A DNA stretch of 64,000 nucleotides from Pecten maximus (taxonomy: Eukaryota). The notes beneath the pieces were generated by a model. That model was not told the origin of the DNA and ran no database searches. It saw only the letters and a program-made list of their open reading frames with translations. The stretch is taken from NCBI RefSeq assembly GCF_902652985.1, contig NC_047015.1, positions 40,486,001 through 40,550,000 on the forward strand. The letters are read 5' to 3'. The position numbers and the translations under genes are program-made. Every line of letters starts with the position of its first letter. Position 1 is the stretch's first letter. This document shows positions 1-11,334 of the stretch, piece after piece.

Positions 1-92
1 TTAGACCATGTCTGAATACATAAGGTTAATGACAAATGTGGAAAATACAATCACTGATGTAGAAATAGGAGGGAATATAAGAGAAAATAATT

Positions 93-252
93 GAAATAAA
101 AGATATACTTGAAAAGTCCTTGAAAAATGGATTCAGTAGGTAAAAAGTATAAGGAAAAAATGTAGAAATAAAAGACACACTTGAAAAGTCCTTGAAAAAA
201 GGATTCAATAGGTAAAAAATATAGATCTGAAATAAAAAAGACACACTTGAAA
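93..252. repeat. ~72-bp tandem repeat, about 2.3 copies (LIG1 intron)
   Basis: GAAATAAAAGA..ACTTGAAAAGTCCTTGAAAAA.GGATTCA recurs at 93, 165 and ~230. Confidence 0.7.
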
Positions 253-673
253 AGAGAAAAAAAGGCCTGGAATCCAGGCTTATGGCCTTGGAAAATGTCG
301 TACTTAACTTACAACAGGTCTTTCTAACTGGTCCCTCTTGTGCCTTGCTTGATTGCGGTCATCTTCATCTGTAATCAGGAAGGATAATCCCTTTGCTGAT
401 ATAAAATTCAAGTACTGAATTCAAAATCTTTTATACATATTAAAGATGACAAAAGCTGAAAATGTATCTATATCAAATAAAGGGCTGTTCCAAAATTATC
501 CTTGTGTGAGGCACTTTTTCAGAAACCCCATCACCCGTAAAATTTCAAAACACATAAAGCATTAGGAAATATATAAAAATGTGAATTTACCCCATCACTT
601 ATAAAATTTTAATACAAGTGCCACACAAATAACTCTGGAAAAGCCCTAAATAGATATTGTTTCTGATCAACAG

Positions 674-3600
674 ATTTCCCTCCAGAAATACTTGATGGCG
701 GTAAAGGTCTTTCAGCGGAGAATTTAAAAAAGAAGATGGAAGAATCTGCCCTTACTATAAAATCTGTATACTGGTAAGTATTTATACCAGTAGTAAGTTC
801 TGGCTTTGGGATATTACTTCTTATAAAATCTGTATACTGGTAAGTATTTTTACCAGAAGTAAGGTGGGGCGTTGGGATATTACTAATTATAAAATCTGTA
901 TACTGATAAGTGTTTATACTGATTATATACAAAAAAAATCATTTTATGCAGTAGCATAAGTGTTTATACTGATTATATACAAAAAAAATCATTTTATTCA
1001 GTAGCATTTAAAGGATATGTGTTCAATGTTTTGAATGGCTATAAATGGTAAATGTCTTCTCCACTGAATGTAGATCAACATTAGATTATACTGGTTTAGA
1101 ATTGCAGTACATGTTGAAGGTCCATTGTTGATTGTAGTGAGTGCCCTAACTATGGCTCTATCATATCTACATTACTGAAGGATGGGATAGAGGATCTACC
1201 AAAACACTGCAAACTCACACCAGGTAAGGTCTAAGATACCATCATAATTGACTAAAGTGTAGGGTTCTTACCGACACCTCAAAACATCCCAAGATATAAT
1301 GTGCTTTATAATAAAATCAGGATTGGAGAGAGAAAAAAAGTTGTTTCTTTCTTTTCTTTGCCTCTAAAACAGTCTTCATTTGTAAAAAAAAAAAATGTAT
1401 TGACATATTTAATCAAGGAAACTCACTTTCTTAATCAGAAAAAAATATTTATGCTTTAAAAGTGTTATTAGGTCAAATATTAATCTTTTGATTTAGTTTT
1501 ATAATGATGCTGTTTTCAGTATACGTGTTAATCATCATTTCCATTTCTCACTTTTTAGGTGTTCCTCTGAAACCAATGTTGGCACATCCAACCAAAGGTG
1601 TCAGTGAGGTGTTAAAGAGATTTGAGAATGCAGAATTTACCTGTGAATATAAATACGACGGAGAACGTGCACAGGTGAGGTGTTCCAACTCTGTCCATTA
1701 CAACTGCCCATCAACATTATCTTGTTTCTGGTCCAAACGTCTCATCATCTCGTCAGTATTTACCAACTAACTTGAAAAATTGTGTTATTCCTATAACAAA
1801 AGGTTCAGCAGTCGTTTTATTTCCCCAAATTTCATCATGTCCAGGATTCATGATGTTTGTAGGTTAATGAGTTCTTGGTCAATCTTGGAATCTGTAAATA
1901 AGGATACATTGGCATATCATCGCAGCCTTCGGGGAAAATCTTGTATATAATAAGATGATTTTAGTGTACACCAGTTCAATCATTAAAATTTTCTTGTAAT
2001 AATCAATATTTCAGATACATATACTAGAGAATGGTACAGTGAATATCTACAGTAGAAACTCTGAGAATAACACAAGTAAATACCCAGACATCATAGCCAG
2101 GATCCCCAACGTGATGAAGGAGTCCGTGAAGTCCTGTGTTATAGACTCGGAGGCAGTGGCCTGGGACGCTGAGAAGAAACAGATACAGCCTTTCCAGGTT
2201 CTCAGTCACAGGAAACGAAAGGTAGGTAACGATATCAGAAGTTAATCTAGATCTATTTTACTACCCACAAAGGGTGGTTAGATAGATCCAATAGCTGTTT
2301 TTTAGCTATGAATGAAATTTAAAAAAAAAAAAAAAAAAAAATAGGATCATGATGACTCAATAATATGATGTCTAGACATTAAAGCCTCTAAATGTTTTTG
2401 TTTATAAACATAAAACTTTTTCCTGTTAAACCTTTATAATCTTTTTAGGTTCATCTTCATCTAATTTCCATCAAATCTGCTCAGTCACTTCAACAATTCA
2501 TATGTGAAGTATGTAATAAACAAAGATAGTGTGAACTAACCCTGTGATGTGTTTGTTTATCAAATGCCGAAAAGATTCACTACCAATTCATGGTGGCTTT
2601 TCATACCTTTAGTTTTTGTCTAACAGACCTGCAGTGACTCTGTGAGTTGTTGATGATTTGATTTTACCCAATCCTTCTCGTTGCCTTCACATCAGCAATC
2701 AGTATGTCTGATTGACTTTGGGCTTGTAATGCTTGGCTTTGAATGCCAGTCCACCATTATTCAAAACCGGTTTGTCCATGCCTGCATGACAAATTTTCTG
2801 CGGCTCATTTACATATAGAGAGTGGAGCACTGCATAAGAGATTCCCTATAATCAGTGGTTAGTTTCCCGGTTTTAATTGCAATAATAAAGAACTACTCTT
2901 ACAGTATTGATTTTCATATTATATCATCATTAAGGTATATTTTCTATCCACATACTTTTGTGATTTTGTCATAATTTATGTTATGAATACAAAGAGAGGC
3001 TTTAAGAAAGAACAAAAATGTCACGAGAAACAATTACAATATATTTAATAGTACAACTATAACCATGTTGTGGCTTTTCTTTAATGGGAATAATAGTTCA
3101 AGTTCTTGTTTTCAAAAAACAAAAGATCAGTTATATGAAGTATTGTATATATTATGGTAGCAAAACCGAGCCATTGTTGATTTTTTTTCTATATGCTGCT
3201 CAAAATATTCTTGTTCTTACATTCCAGGATGCAGATGCTTCAGAAATAAAGATACAAGTGTGTGTGTATGCTTTTGACCTGCTTTACCTCAATGGTGAAT
3301 CACTTGTGAAGCAGCCCTTCAAGCGACGGCGAGAACTGCTTGCACAAGTCATTCACAGAAGTGGAGGGGGAGTTTGTGTTCGCTAAGTCTATGATTTCTT
3401 CAGATACAGAGGAAATAGCTGTCTTCCTGGATGAATCTGTTAAAGGTATAGTGACAGGGACTTAACACCTCCGGTTAATTGAATGTATGACCGTTTGTTA
3501 CAGCTGAAATATATTCAAAAGAACATATCGACAAAATCCGGGCTAGCAGACAATTCATCAATTGATTATTCTGGAAACAAAAGTTTTTAAGAAATGGATT

Positions 3601-6600
3601 TGACACAACATGATTTTTTGAAACTTTTTTTGAAATGTTTGTTTATTTTAGGAAACTGTGAAGGACTTATGGTGAAGACCTTAGATGTAGATGCTACATA
3701 TGAAATAGCAAAGAGATCCCACAATTGGTTGAAGGTAAGGTTGTATTTACAAATATGTCTGTCCTCTGTCCTAGTCATAGCATTTCATTCAAGGCCTTTA
3801 CTTCTAGGAAAGATTTAGATACATGATTAATCATGTTTCAGAATGGAAACACTATGTTGATCTTATAATACAAATACTTGTAAATGTTCATCTTTTAATG
3901 TGAATACTTTTAAATGTTGATATTTGAATACAAAATCTTTCAAATATTGTACATATTGATTTCTTTGTTTTATTTGTTAAGTGTTGAGTGGTTATCTCCC
4001 TTTATCATATTAGACAGCGATGGGTAGTTACCTCCCTTATGTCAGGTCGTCTTTGATAATACACACCTTTAAGTTATGGATGGTAACCTCCCTTCGATTC
4101 CTTTGGTACCTCTGGCCTATGAAGTCATAATTGATAATAAATACCTATAAGTTATCAATAGTAACTCCCACTTGAATTCTAGGATCATCACTTATCACAT
4201 TTATGTATATTTACAGCTAAAGAAAGACTACTTGGAAGGTGTTGGGGACACTCTGGACCTTGTAGTCATTGGAGGTTACTTAGGGTCTGGTAAGCGAACA
4301 GGAAAGTATGGAGGGTTCTTGTTGGCCTGTTATGAACCAGACAGTGAAGAGTTTCAATCTATATGCAAGGTAACTAATAGTGTATTTTAGATCACCTCGG
4401 ACAAACTCTCAAATTACCTATTCTAATCACCTGTCGTGCGTCGTACGTCCATAAACAATTTACATTTTCAACTTCTTCTCAGGAAACTCCTGGACTATTG
4501 TTAATGAAATTTTGCAGAAACTTTCTATGGCTGAAGGTTAACCAAAATTGTGAATTATATGGTCCCTGACCCCCCAGGGGACAGGGGCGGGGCAAAATGG
4601 GGCAAATTGACATTCAAAAATCTTCTCCTCAAGAATCAAATACTTTTCATAGATGGAAAGGCCTACGGTCAGTACCTGGCAACTGCCCCACATAGGTTTC
4701 GAACTCGAAACTCAGTGGTTGAGGGCTAGTGATAAAGTGTCGGTACACCTTAACCACTCGGCCACCGCGGCCCCTCCTGGGGAGGGAGTTAACTTAAGTT
4801 TATATAGGGAAATCACAGTTGTGACTTTGATTTGTTTAATTTGTATTGGAATTCATTTTGCCTTGGTTTAACATTATCACCATGGGATGACAGTTTGATG
4901 GTATGCACATGTTTTCTTCTCAAACCCAAATAAGGTAGAATCATGTAGGTGGAAGTGTCTTAAAGTACTTTTTTTGTGAATTTCATGACCTGGGATTTAT
5001 ATAAGGATATCACATTTTGAACTATCGTTTGTTGATTTTCTTTTGGAATTGATTCTAACTTGGTTAGAATTAGCAGTTTTTGAAGACAGTTTGTTGGTAT
5101 GCAGTTGGCCCAACTGATCCCCAGGGGCTGATGGGCAGGATCAAAAAGGGTCAAATTGACAGAAATGTTTCCAAATTCAGTTGATCGTTAAGGCTCATGG
5201 GCCTCTTGTATCAACACCTTTTCATATCTGTTCAATTACTTTGAAAACATTATCATACGAAGCTTGGAGAAGTAAGGGTTAATATTGTCGCAAACATATT
5301 ATGAAGAGTTTTAAGAGAATGGGATTTTGTATGAATGTGTGAGTTATATTTCTCAAATTATCTTGAAATACATATATGTAGAAAATATTTTGTGTGCATG
5401 CATCTTTTAAAGTTTTTACTGTGATCTGTCTAAAATGTTGTAAAATACTTGTGTAGATATCACAACAATACTTCAAAGAACTTTGGAACTTTGTCTTTTT
5501 ATGTCTTAATCATATTGCATATTGATATAATATTTCACAGATTGGAACAGGATTCAAAGATGATGATCTGGAGCAACATGCCACATTCTTCAAGGAGAAT
5601 GTAATAGACAAGCCAAAACAGTACTACTGTTGGGATAGCTCCCATGAACCTGATCACTGGTTTGAGCCTGTCCAGGTATGGGAGGTTAAATGTGCTGACC
5701 TCTCCATATCGCCCTACTCACAGGGCAGCGTCTGGAATCGTAAGTAAACTGTGAACAAAAAACAGTAGCTTTAAGAGAAATCTAATATAGCTTTTCATTA
5801 TTTGACCAAAAGTATGTACAGTAAAACTCGGATAAGTCCACGAGACCAAGCAAAATATTTTACTTATCCGATAGTTTGACTTATCCGTGTCCGTTTGTAT
5901 ACGGAGACAAAATACTCGAGTATCATCGGCTGTATGCCAAACATGTGCTTGATATCATGGTCGAAAATAAACAATAAATAATAGCAAAGAAATTAATTGT
6001 ACATGATAACAATTATTCATTTATCTAATAAACAATATTGTGCACGGTTACAGATCAAAGCAAAATCAATGAGTAAAATTATCTTTGCCATACAGACACG
6101 CCTTTTACACACGGAGTCGTACAGCAAATTCTATGAAAATGATACATACATTATCAGAATATAAATGTATATATTGTACTCACATTATTTCTCTTAAAAT
6201 CTGTTTATATTGTGCTACAATTAAACAATATAACAGTTCAGGAAAATTGGTCGACCGTACACATGCTGATTTTGTATAAAAGGTGAAGGCCGCGGTCAGT
6301 GTTTATCGGCATCACGCATATTATTGGTACTATTTCATCGTTGTACTCAGAAGTGATGCATAGATAAATAAATCAATGACAGGCAGTTATTTCTATTGTG
6401 CATTTTTCGGGAGGAAGATATGTAATTTATCATTTATTTTTTCCTTATATTTTTCGGCGGCCATGTTTATCATTTTGTGGACGTAACTTTTTTAGCACAA
6501 AAATCCAGTTTAAAGTTTTTTAGGTAAGTTTTTGGAAAGCTTTAAGTCCAAAAGTATACACCTAACACCCTTCTTATTTGCTTTACACATTCATTAGAGG

Positions 6601-7975
6601 TCTAGGAGTGATGTTATAGCAAAATCTTGCAGAAAAAAATTGTGATATTTTACTATTTTGTGGACTTCACTTTTTTAGCACCAAAATTCACTTAAAAGTT
6701 TTTGGGGAAAGTTTTTGGAAAGCTTGTAAGTCCAAAAGTATACCCCTCACACCCTTCTAATTTGGTTTATACATTCATTAGAGGTCCAGGGGTGATGTTA
6801 TGGCAAAATCATGCAGAAAAACAATTGTGATTTTTTCGCATTTTACCATTTTGTGGACTTCATTTTGTTGGCACCAAAACTCACTTAAAGATTTTGGGGT
6901 AAGTTTTTGGAAAGCTTGTAAGTCCACACCGTTCTAATTTGGTTTATACATCCATTAGAGGTCTAGGAGCGATATAATGTGATGTACAATTTCCAAGTGA
7001 CATGTATATACTTCCATAAAAAATGAATGCATAGTGTGATTGCTGCCGCCGGTGAGCTTTCACAATCATTGATTGCACTTGTATTTTACCTTTGTAAAAC
7101 TATAGTAGCCTGTATGTACTATATATGTCATCTTTTACTGATCATATTAGAAGGATATGGCTGAATACCTTGTTATAACAAGATAATTCACAATTTATTA
7201 CTGGGATACTTAACAATGGTAAACCTAACTTTCAAATGCTGATGTTTTTGCAGGTTGATCCAGAGAAAGGCATATCTCTGCGGTTCCCACGATTCCTGAG
7301 AATCCGAGATGACAAGAAACCAGAAGATGCTACATCAGCCACCCAGGTCTGTTGATGTGATAGTCTTAATATTTATATATAATGTGATAGTCTTAATATT
7401 TATATATAACGTGATAGTCTTAATATTTATATATAACATGATAGTCTTAATATTTATGAACATGATAGTCTTAATATTTATATATAATGTGATAGTCGAA
7501 ATATTTATATATAATGTGATAGTCGAAATATTTATATATAATGTGATAGTCTTAATATTTATATATAATATCATTCCTTTAATAGTTCTATTGGTTAACT
7601 GAATTTCAATTCCTCAAATACCTTGCATTGCTTTATGACAGAACCATCCAATTTGGCATGTATCCAAAAATATATTCGTTTAACCAACTTATTGAAGTAA
7701 AATGTAATGCTGTAGATTCAGAATAATTGAATTTGAAAGAAGATGAAGTTTATCACTTATGAAGAAAATGATTAAACGTAAAGGTTTCAATTTTGAACTT
7801 TAATTTAATCTTAGGAGTAAAAAAACTTGGTTCCATGTTTTCAAGTTAGATGTATGTCACAGTTGATGTGTTTGTGTTTTAGGTGGCAGACATGTATAAG
7901 AACCAGGACCAGATTCAGAACCAACAGACTACCTCAGAACCTAGTAAAGAGGGGGATGAGGAAGAGTTCTATTGA
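674..7975 (+). CDS. LIG1: DNA ligase 1, 3' portion (end of DNA-binding domain, adenylation and OB-fold domains); 5' exons lie upstream of the window
   Basis: GT-AG exons 674-773, 1138-1223, 1559-1674, 2015-2221, 3228-3445, 3652-3734, 4217-4369, 5541-5739, 7254-7346, 7883-7975 (TGA). They translate to LIG1 motifs [21 protein letters not shown] (adenylated Lys), [43 protein letters not shown] and end ...DEEEFY*. Two +1 insertions (~3340, ~5713) must be removed to keep the frame. Confidence 0.96.
756..910. repeat. 66-bp tandem duplication of a LIG1 exon end plus its splice donor
   Basis: TATAAAATCTGTATACTG(G/A)TAAG at 756, 822 and 888. Confidence 0.8.
4385..5209 (+). mobile_element. Non-autonomous pearl/HINE-like (Helentron-associated) element with a nested SINE fragment
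   Basis: Starts TTTTAGATCACCT followed by a CGTC-rich microsatellite-like tract, has internal repeated GC-rich cores (~4560 and ~5110), and ends in the hairpin AGGCTCATGGGCCT-CTTGT. This architecture resembles bivalve pearl/HINE elements. Confidence 0.55.
4660..4772 (-). mobile_element. tRNA-derived SINE, 5' half only
   Basis: Reverse complement matches the head of the copies at 17579 and 18697 (GCCGCGGTGGCCGAGTGGTTAAGG...GAGTTCGAAACCT). Confidence 0.85.
6470..6975. repeat. ~185-bp satellite-like tandem repeat, about 3 copies
   Basis: ATTTTGTGGAC...TTTTTGGAAAGCT..AAGTCC...CATTAGAGGTC recurs at ~6472, ~6656 and ~6848. Confidence 0.75.
7355..7570. repeat. 27-bp minisatellite, about 8 copies
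   Basis: Unit GTGATAGTCTTAATATTTATATATAAT directly after a LIG1 donor. It explains ORFs 7309-7602 and 7335-7574. Confidence 0.9.
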
Positions 7976-8334
7976 AGGGAGAATACTCTGTTACATCTTA
8001 TGATGTCCTATTGGAAGGGAGACAACTGAATTAAAGTAGCGATGTTATGAGATAACCCTTGTTTTATTTAATCTATTAATTTTTACAACACCATTATGTT
8101 CAAAAAACATAACAGACCGAAATAATTGGGCAAAATTTTACTGGACAGCAGTATAGCTATGTTTGATGGGTTAATGAAAAAAAGCGAATATATGGGGTAT
8201 AATTGTTTTGGATGGAAATCATGTGGATAATGGGTGAAATAGATCATATTTATCTTACATCATTTATTTATAATTCACTCAACTTCACTTCATTTTCTGA
8301 TTCCGATATTGGAGGATCATTTACTGATATTAGG

Positions 8335-8400
8335 AATAAAGACTTATTATATTCTTATGTTTTTATGATGTTTATGTAGCTCATATGAAATGTGAATAAA
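8335..8400 (+). terminator. Candidate LIG1 polyadenylation signals
   Basis: AATAAA at 8335-8340 and 8395-8400, about 360-420 nt after the LIG1 stop, followed by T/GT-rich sequence. Confidence 0.5.
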
Positions 8401-8692
8401 TAAAAAAAATTACTAAATATGCTTGTTTGTCTTTATTTTCTGATACATCTACAAATCATTATTGTCCATTTCTTAAAGGTTATGTCTTTTTGGTCACCTT
8501 ATACAATATTTCAGGTGACCTATTGAACTGTCATCACCTTTCTTATTCTTGTAACTGTTTAGCATTCCAATTAAATCACCGAATGCAGTACAGCATTAAG
8601 AAGACAGTTCTTAAATACCTAATATGTACACTGTATAAAATTTATACAAATGTTATGTTTTATTAAGATTTACTTTTTGTTTTGCATTTCTG

Positions 8693-9370
8693 CTAACTTG
8701 CCCTTGTAGTCATGAATACTGGGTAAATATTAGTGGATCCAGATTCTTCATAGAACTCCTCATCCTCAATACTCCAGGGGTTACGATCATATGCTATTTG
8801 ATCGTAACCCCAGTAGTACTGAGGATGGGATCGACCATCAAATTTCATCCTGTAAATATTCATATTTTTATCATGATGATGAGATTAAGAATAGGATATG
8901 AACAGAAAGACTAGCAGAAGAAAATGACTACAAAACATAGCAGATGCATTCTCATTTCTAGTCGAATCACCATAAAACAATGGGAGGGGGATTATTTAAC
9001 ATAAACGTAACTACTCCAGCTGTAGTGTAATATAAAAAGAAACATTTAGTTAAAGTTAATTCGCACTGAAATGTTTCTAGGAATGCTATAAATCTTCAGT
9101 AGCATCCTTCAGAGGGATAAATACCAAGTCCTGCCTTTATGCCACCTTCATCTGGCAGTCAATTCAGACATGGCTATCTCATTAAGATATTTTCTAGAGC
9201 TGTTCACACTTTTTTGGAGGAAGCAGACATCATACACTCAAAGAATTGAACAAAAGGCACAAGATATTAACACCTTTCAAAACAAATTGAGACTAGGTAA
9301 TGTAGAGCCAAATTAAACTGCCTCTTACAGTTGGTTCGCCCTTCTAGGTCTCTTCAGTGATGCAAAGGGC
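8693..9370 (-). CDS. Putative small spliced gene of unknown function, convergent with LIG1 (last two exons)
   Basis: Minus-strand exons 9370-9329 (cag|...|gtaaga) and 8849-8693 (tttacag|...TAG) join in phase 2. They give PFASLKRPRRANQLMKFDGRSHPQYYWGYDQIAYDRNPWSIEDEEFYEESGSTNIYPVFMTTRAS*. AATAAA lies at 8664-8659, about 30 nt after the stop. Confidence 0.5.
8759..8829 (-). ncRNA. Long pre-miRNA-like stem-loop
   Basis: Minus-strand RNA CAUCCUCAGUACU-ACU-GGGGUUACGAUCA-AAUAGCAUA-UGAUCGUAACCCC-UGG-AGUAUUGAGGAUG forms a ~29-bp stem with 2 mismatches, 1 G-U pair and a 9-nt loop. The hairpin is certain; RNA function is not. Confidence 0.35.
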
Positions 9371-10863
9371 CTGAAGTGTTGACCATGTAAATTGTCCAAA
9401 AAGGTCGAGAAAGAAAGAAAATATCAAAAATCTATATTGGTAGTTGCAAAAGACTCGAAATTCAGTAAGTTTCAATATTGGGTTAGGGTACGAAAATCAG
9501 ATGGTCCGGAAAGTTAAGTAGTGTCTTCTGCTTTTACATCACAGCCAACTGATGTAAGGACTAAGGGGCGATTTCTTGCATCATGTGTAAAATTGTCAGT
9601 ACTGTTGTCATTATTCTAGGTATGCTACCATAAACCATAAATTTCAGAAGTAAGTCCTTGTAAATTTCAGACGAAGACTGAAGTCCTTGTCATTTATACA
9701 TCTACCCCGGGGATATTGTGATCACCCCTGTATTATACGAGTCAGGCGAAAAAAAAGTGAGCAAATTTTATCTCGAATAAAATATGTGGTTTTATATTTG
9801 TTGTAAGGGCACTGCGTTAATTGAGAAACAAATATACCCACATTGTACATCACAGTTCACGATAGGACCTTCTCACGTTCTGGTTGAGCTTTCTTTACTT
9901 TATACTATTTTAACATAGACAAAGCAGTATTTCGTTAGAATGTTGTACATTTAACGTGTCTTATTACACAAAAAACCAAGCCCGATGTGAAGTTAGGCTG
10001 TGTTAAGGCCTTGTAAGCATTGATCACTAGAGCTTTAAATGCTAGACAATACCTCAGCGTTCCGCGCCATGAAACAATACATACCATGTATACCCGTTAA
10101 ATGACTGCACTTCTCGAACTGAGCCTAGCTGTACAACTACGGCCACTCAAGGTATTTGTTTACTTATTTTGCACTTTGGTAGTTTACTTGTACATACATT
10201 GTACCTACTCATAATTTTTGTCTAAAAGGTTTTCCTATCGGGTTCCTGAAACCCTTTATAATGTATTTATATGACTGTTTTGTGACTTTTGTATTCATTT
10301 TAGTGTACACTGATTTCTACGTATTAAATTAAATGTGGAAATCAGGTAAAATGTACCCTCAAACATTCCTAGTATCTGCAAGTATAGTGTAACATTCTGT
10401 CAAATTCGTTAGTGTCAATGACTTTAACAACCAGCTATGATTGGTGAAGGACGGCACTCTAATTATAGCATGAGTATTGTCTTCAAAAGACAATGACGAC
10501 ATGTTTAATATACATATATACATTTAAAGTCACAAGAAGTACAGCGAGAAAGATATTATTTCTTTTAGCTTTTTAGCCCACTATCATTGAATTTTGAGCT
10601 TGTGGGAAATACAACTGGCCAGCTGTATCATAGGTATCATTATTTCTTCAGAAATACTGGAAGGATATAGGTTCCTCTTGGTATCTAAGTGTGCTCATTA
10701 AATTTTGAGTCTTACCGGGGAAACACAATGGCCAAAAGGCGACCATCTTGGATTTTGTCAATTGAAATTTGTTATCGCTTTTTCTCAGAAAGTTGCATCT
10801 TTCTTAGATTTCATATGAAGACTTCCCTTGTTATGAAATGAGTAAGATGGAAAAGGGAGATAA

Positions 10864-11104
10864 AAGATAAGTCTGACAAAGAACCAATTAAGATCAGTCT
10901 GACAAAGAAACAAATTAAGATCAGTCTGACATAGAACCAATTAAGACCAGTCTGACAAAGAACCAATTAAGATCAGTCTTACATAGCACCAATAAAGATC
11001 AGTCTTGTATAGAACCAATAAATATCAGTCTTGTATAGAACCAATAAAGATCAGTCTTACATAGAACCTATAAATATCAGTCTTACATATCACCAATAAA
11101 GATC
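10864..11104. repeat. 26-bp minisatellite, about 9 copies
   Basis: Unit AAGATCAGTCTGACAAAGAACCAATT drifting to AAGATCAGTCTTACATAGAACCAATA. Confidence 0.85.
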
Positions 11105-11334
11105 GTCACGGACGTGTTAAATGTTTACATTTGTATAGTTTATGAAGAAGATAAGAAAAAACCCGCTAAATCACTAAAATATCAGTACTGTGTTTAGAGC
11201 TTGAATATTTTTAATGATCTAATGGTCTTCCCTGAACAAATGCCACTAGTTTTAGCCAGTGATGTTACTCCATGTTTCTGAATTACTGACAAGCTAGTCT
11301 TTTATTTTCAGAGTTATGTCGATTGACTAAGGTG

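Noticed and set aside
3336-3345. Programmed ribosomal frameshifting in LIG1
   Set aside because: No slippery heptamer or stimulatory structure, and similar +1 events in neighbouring exons and genes point to sequence error.
5817-5900. Tc1/pogo-type MITE ends (also ~15600, ~19650, ~27200, ~63800)
   Set aside because: They resemble TA-CAGT termini or internal motifs, but I could not pair TIRs or define boundaries.
7309-7602. Hydrophobic repeat proteins in the ORF track (also 51930-52190, 57595-57876, 62918-63501)
   Set aside because: They are translations of minisatellites with no splice or start context.
7954-8765. Inverted similarity between the LIG1 terminal codons (7954-7977) and 8746-8765, both encoding DEE(E)FY
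   Set aside because: Only about 20 nt with two gaps in purine-rich acidic codons, and the second site lies beyond the likely LIG1 poly(A) signals. Chance is adequate.
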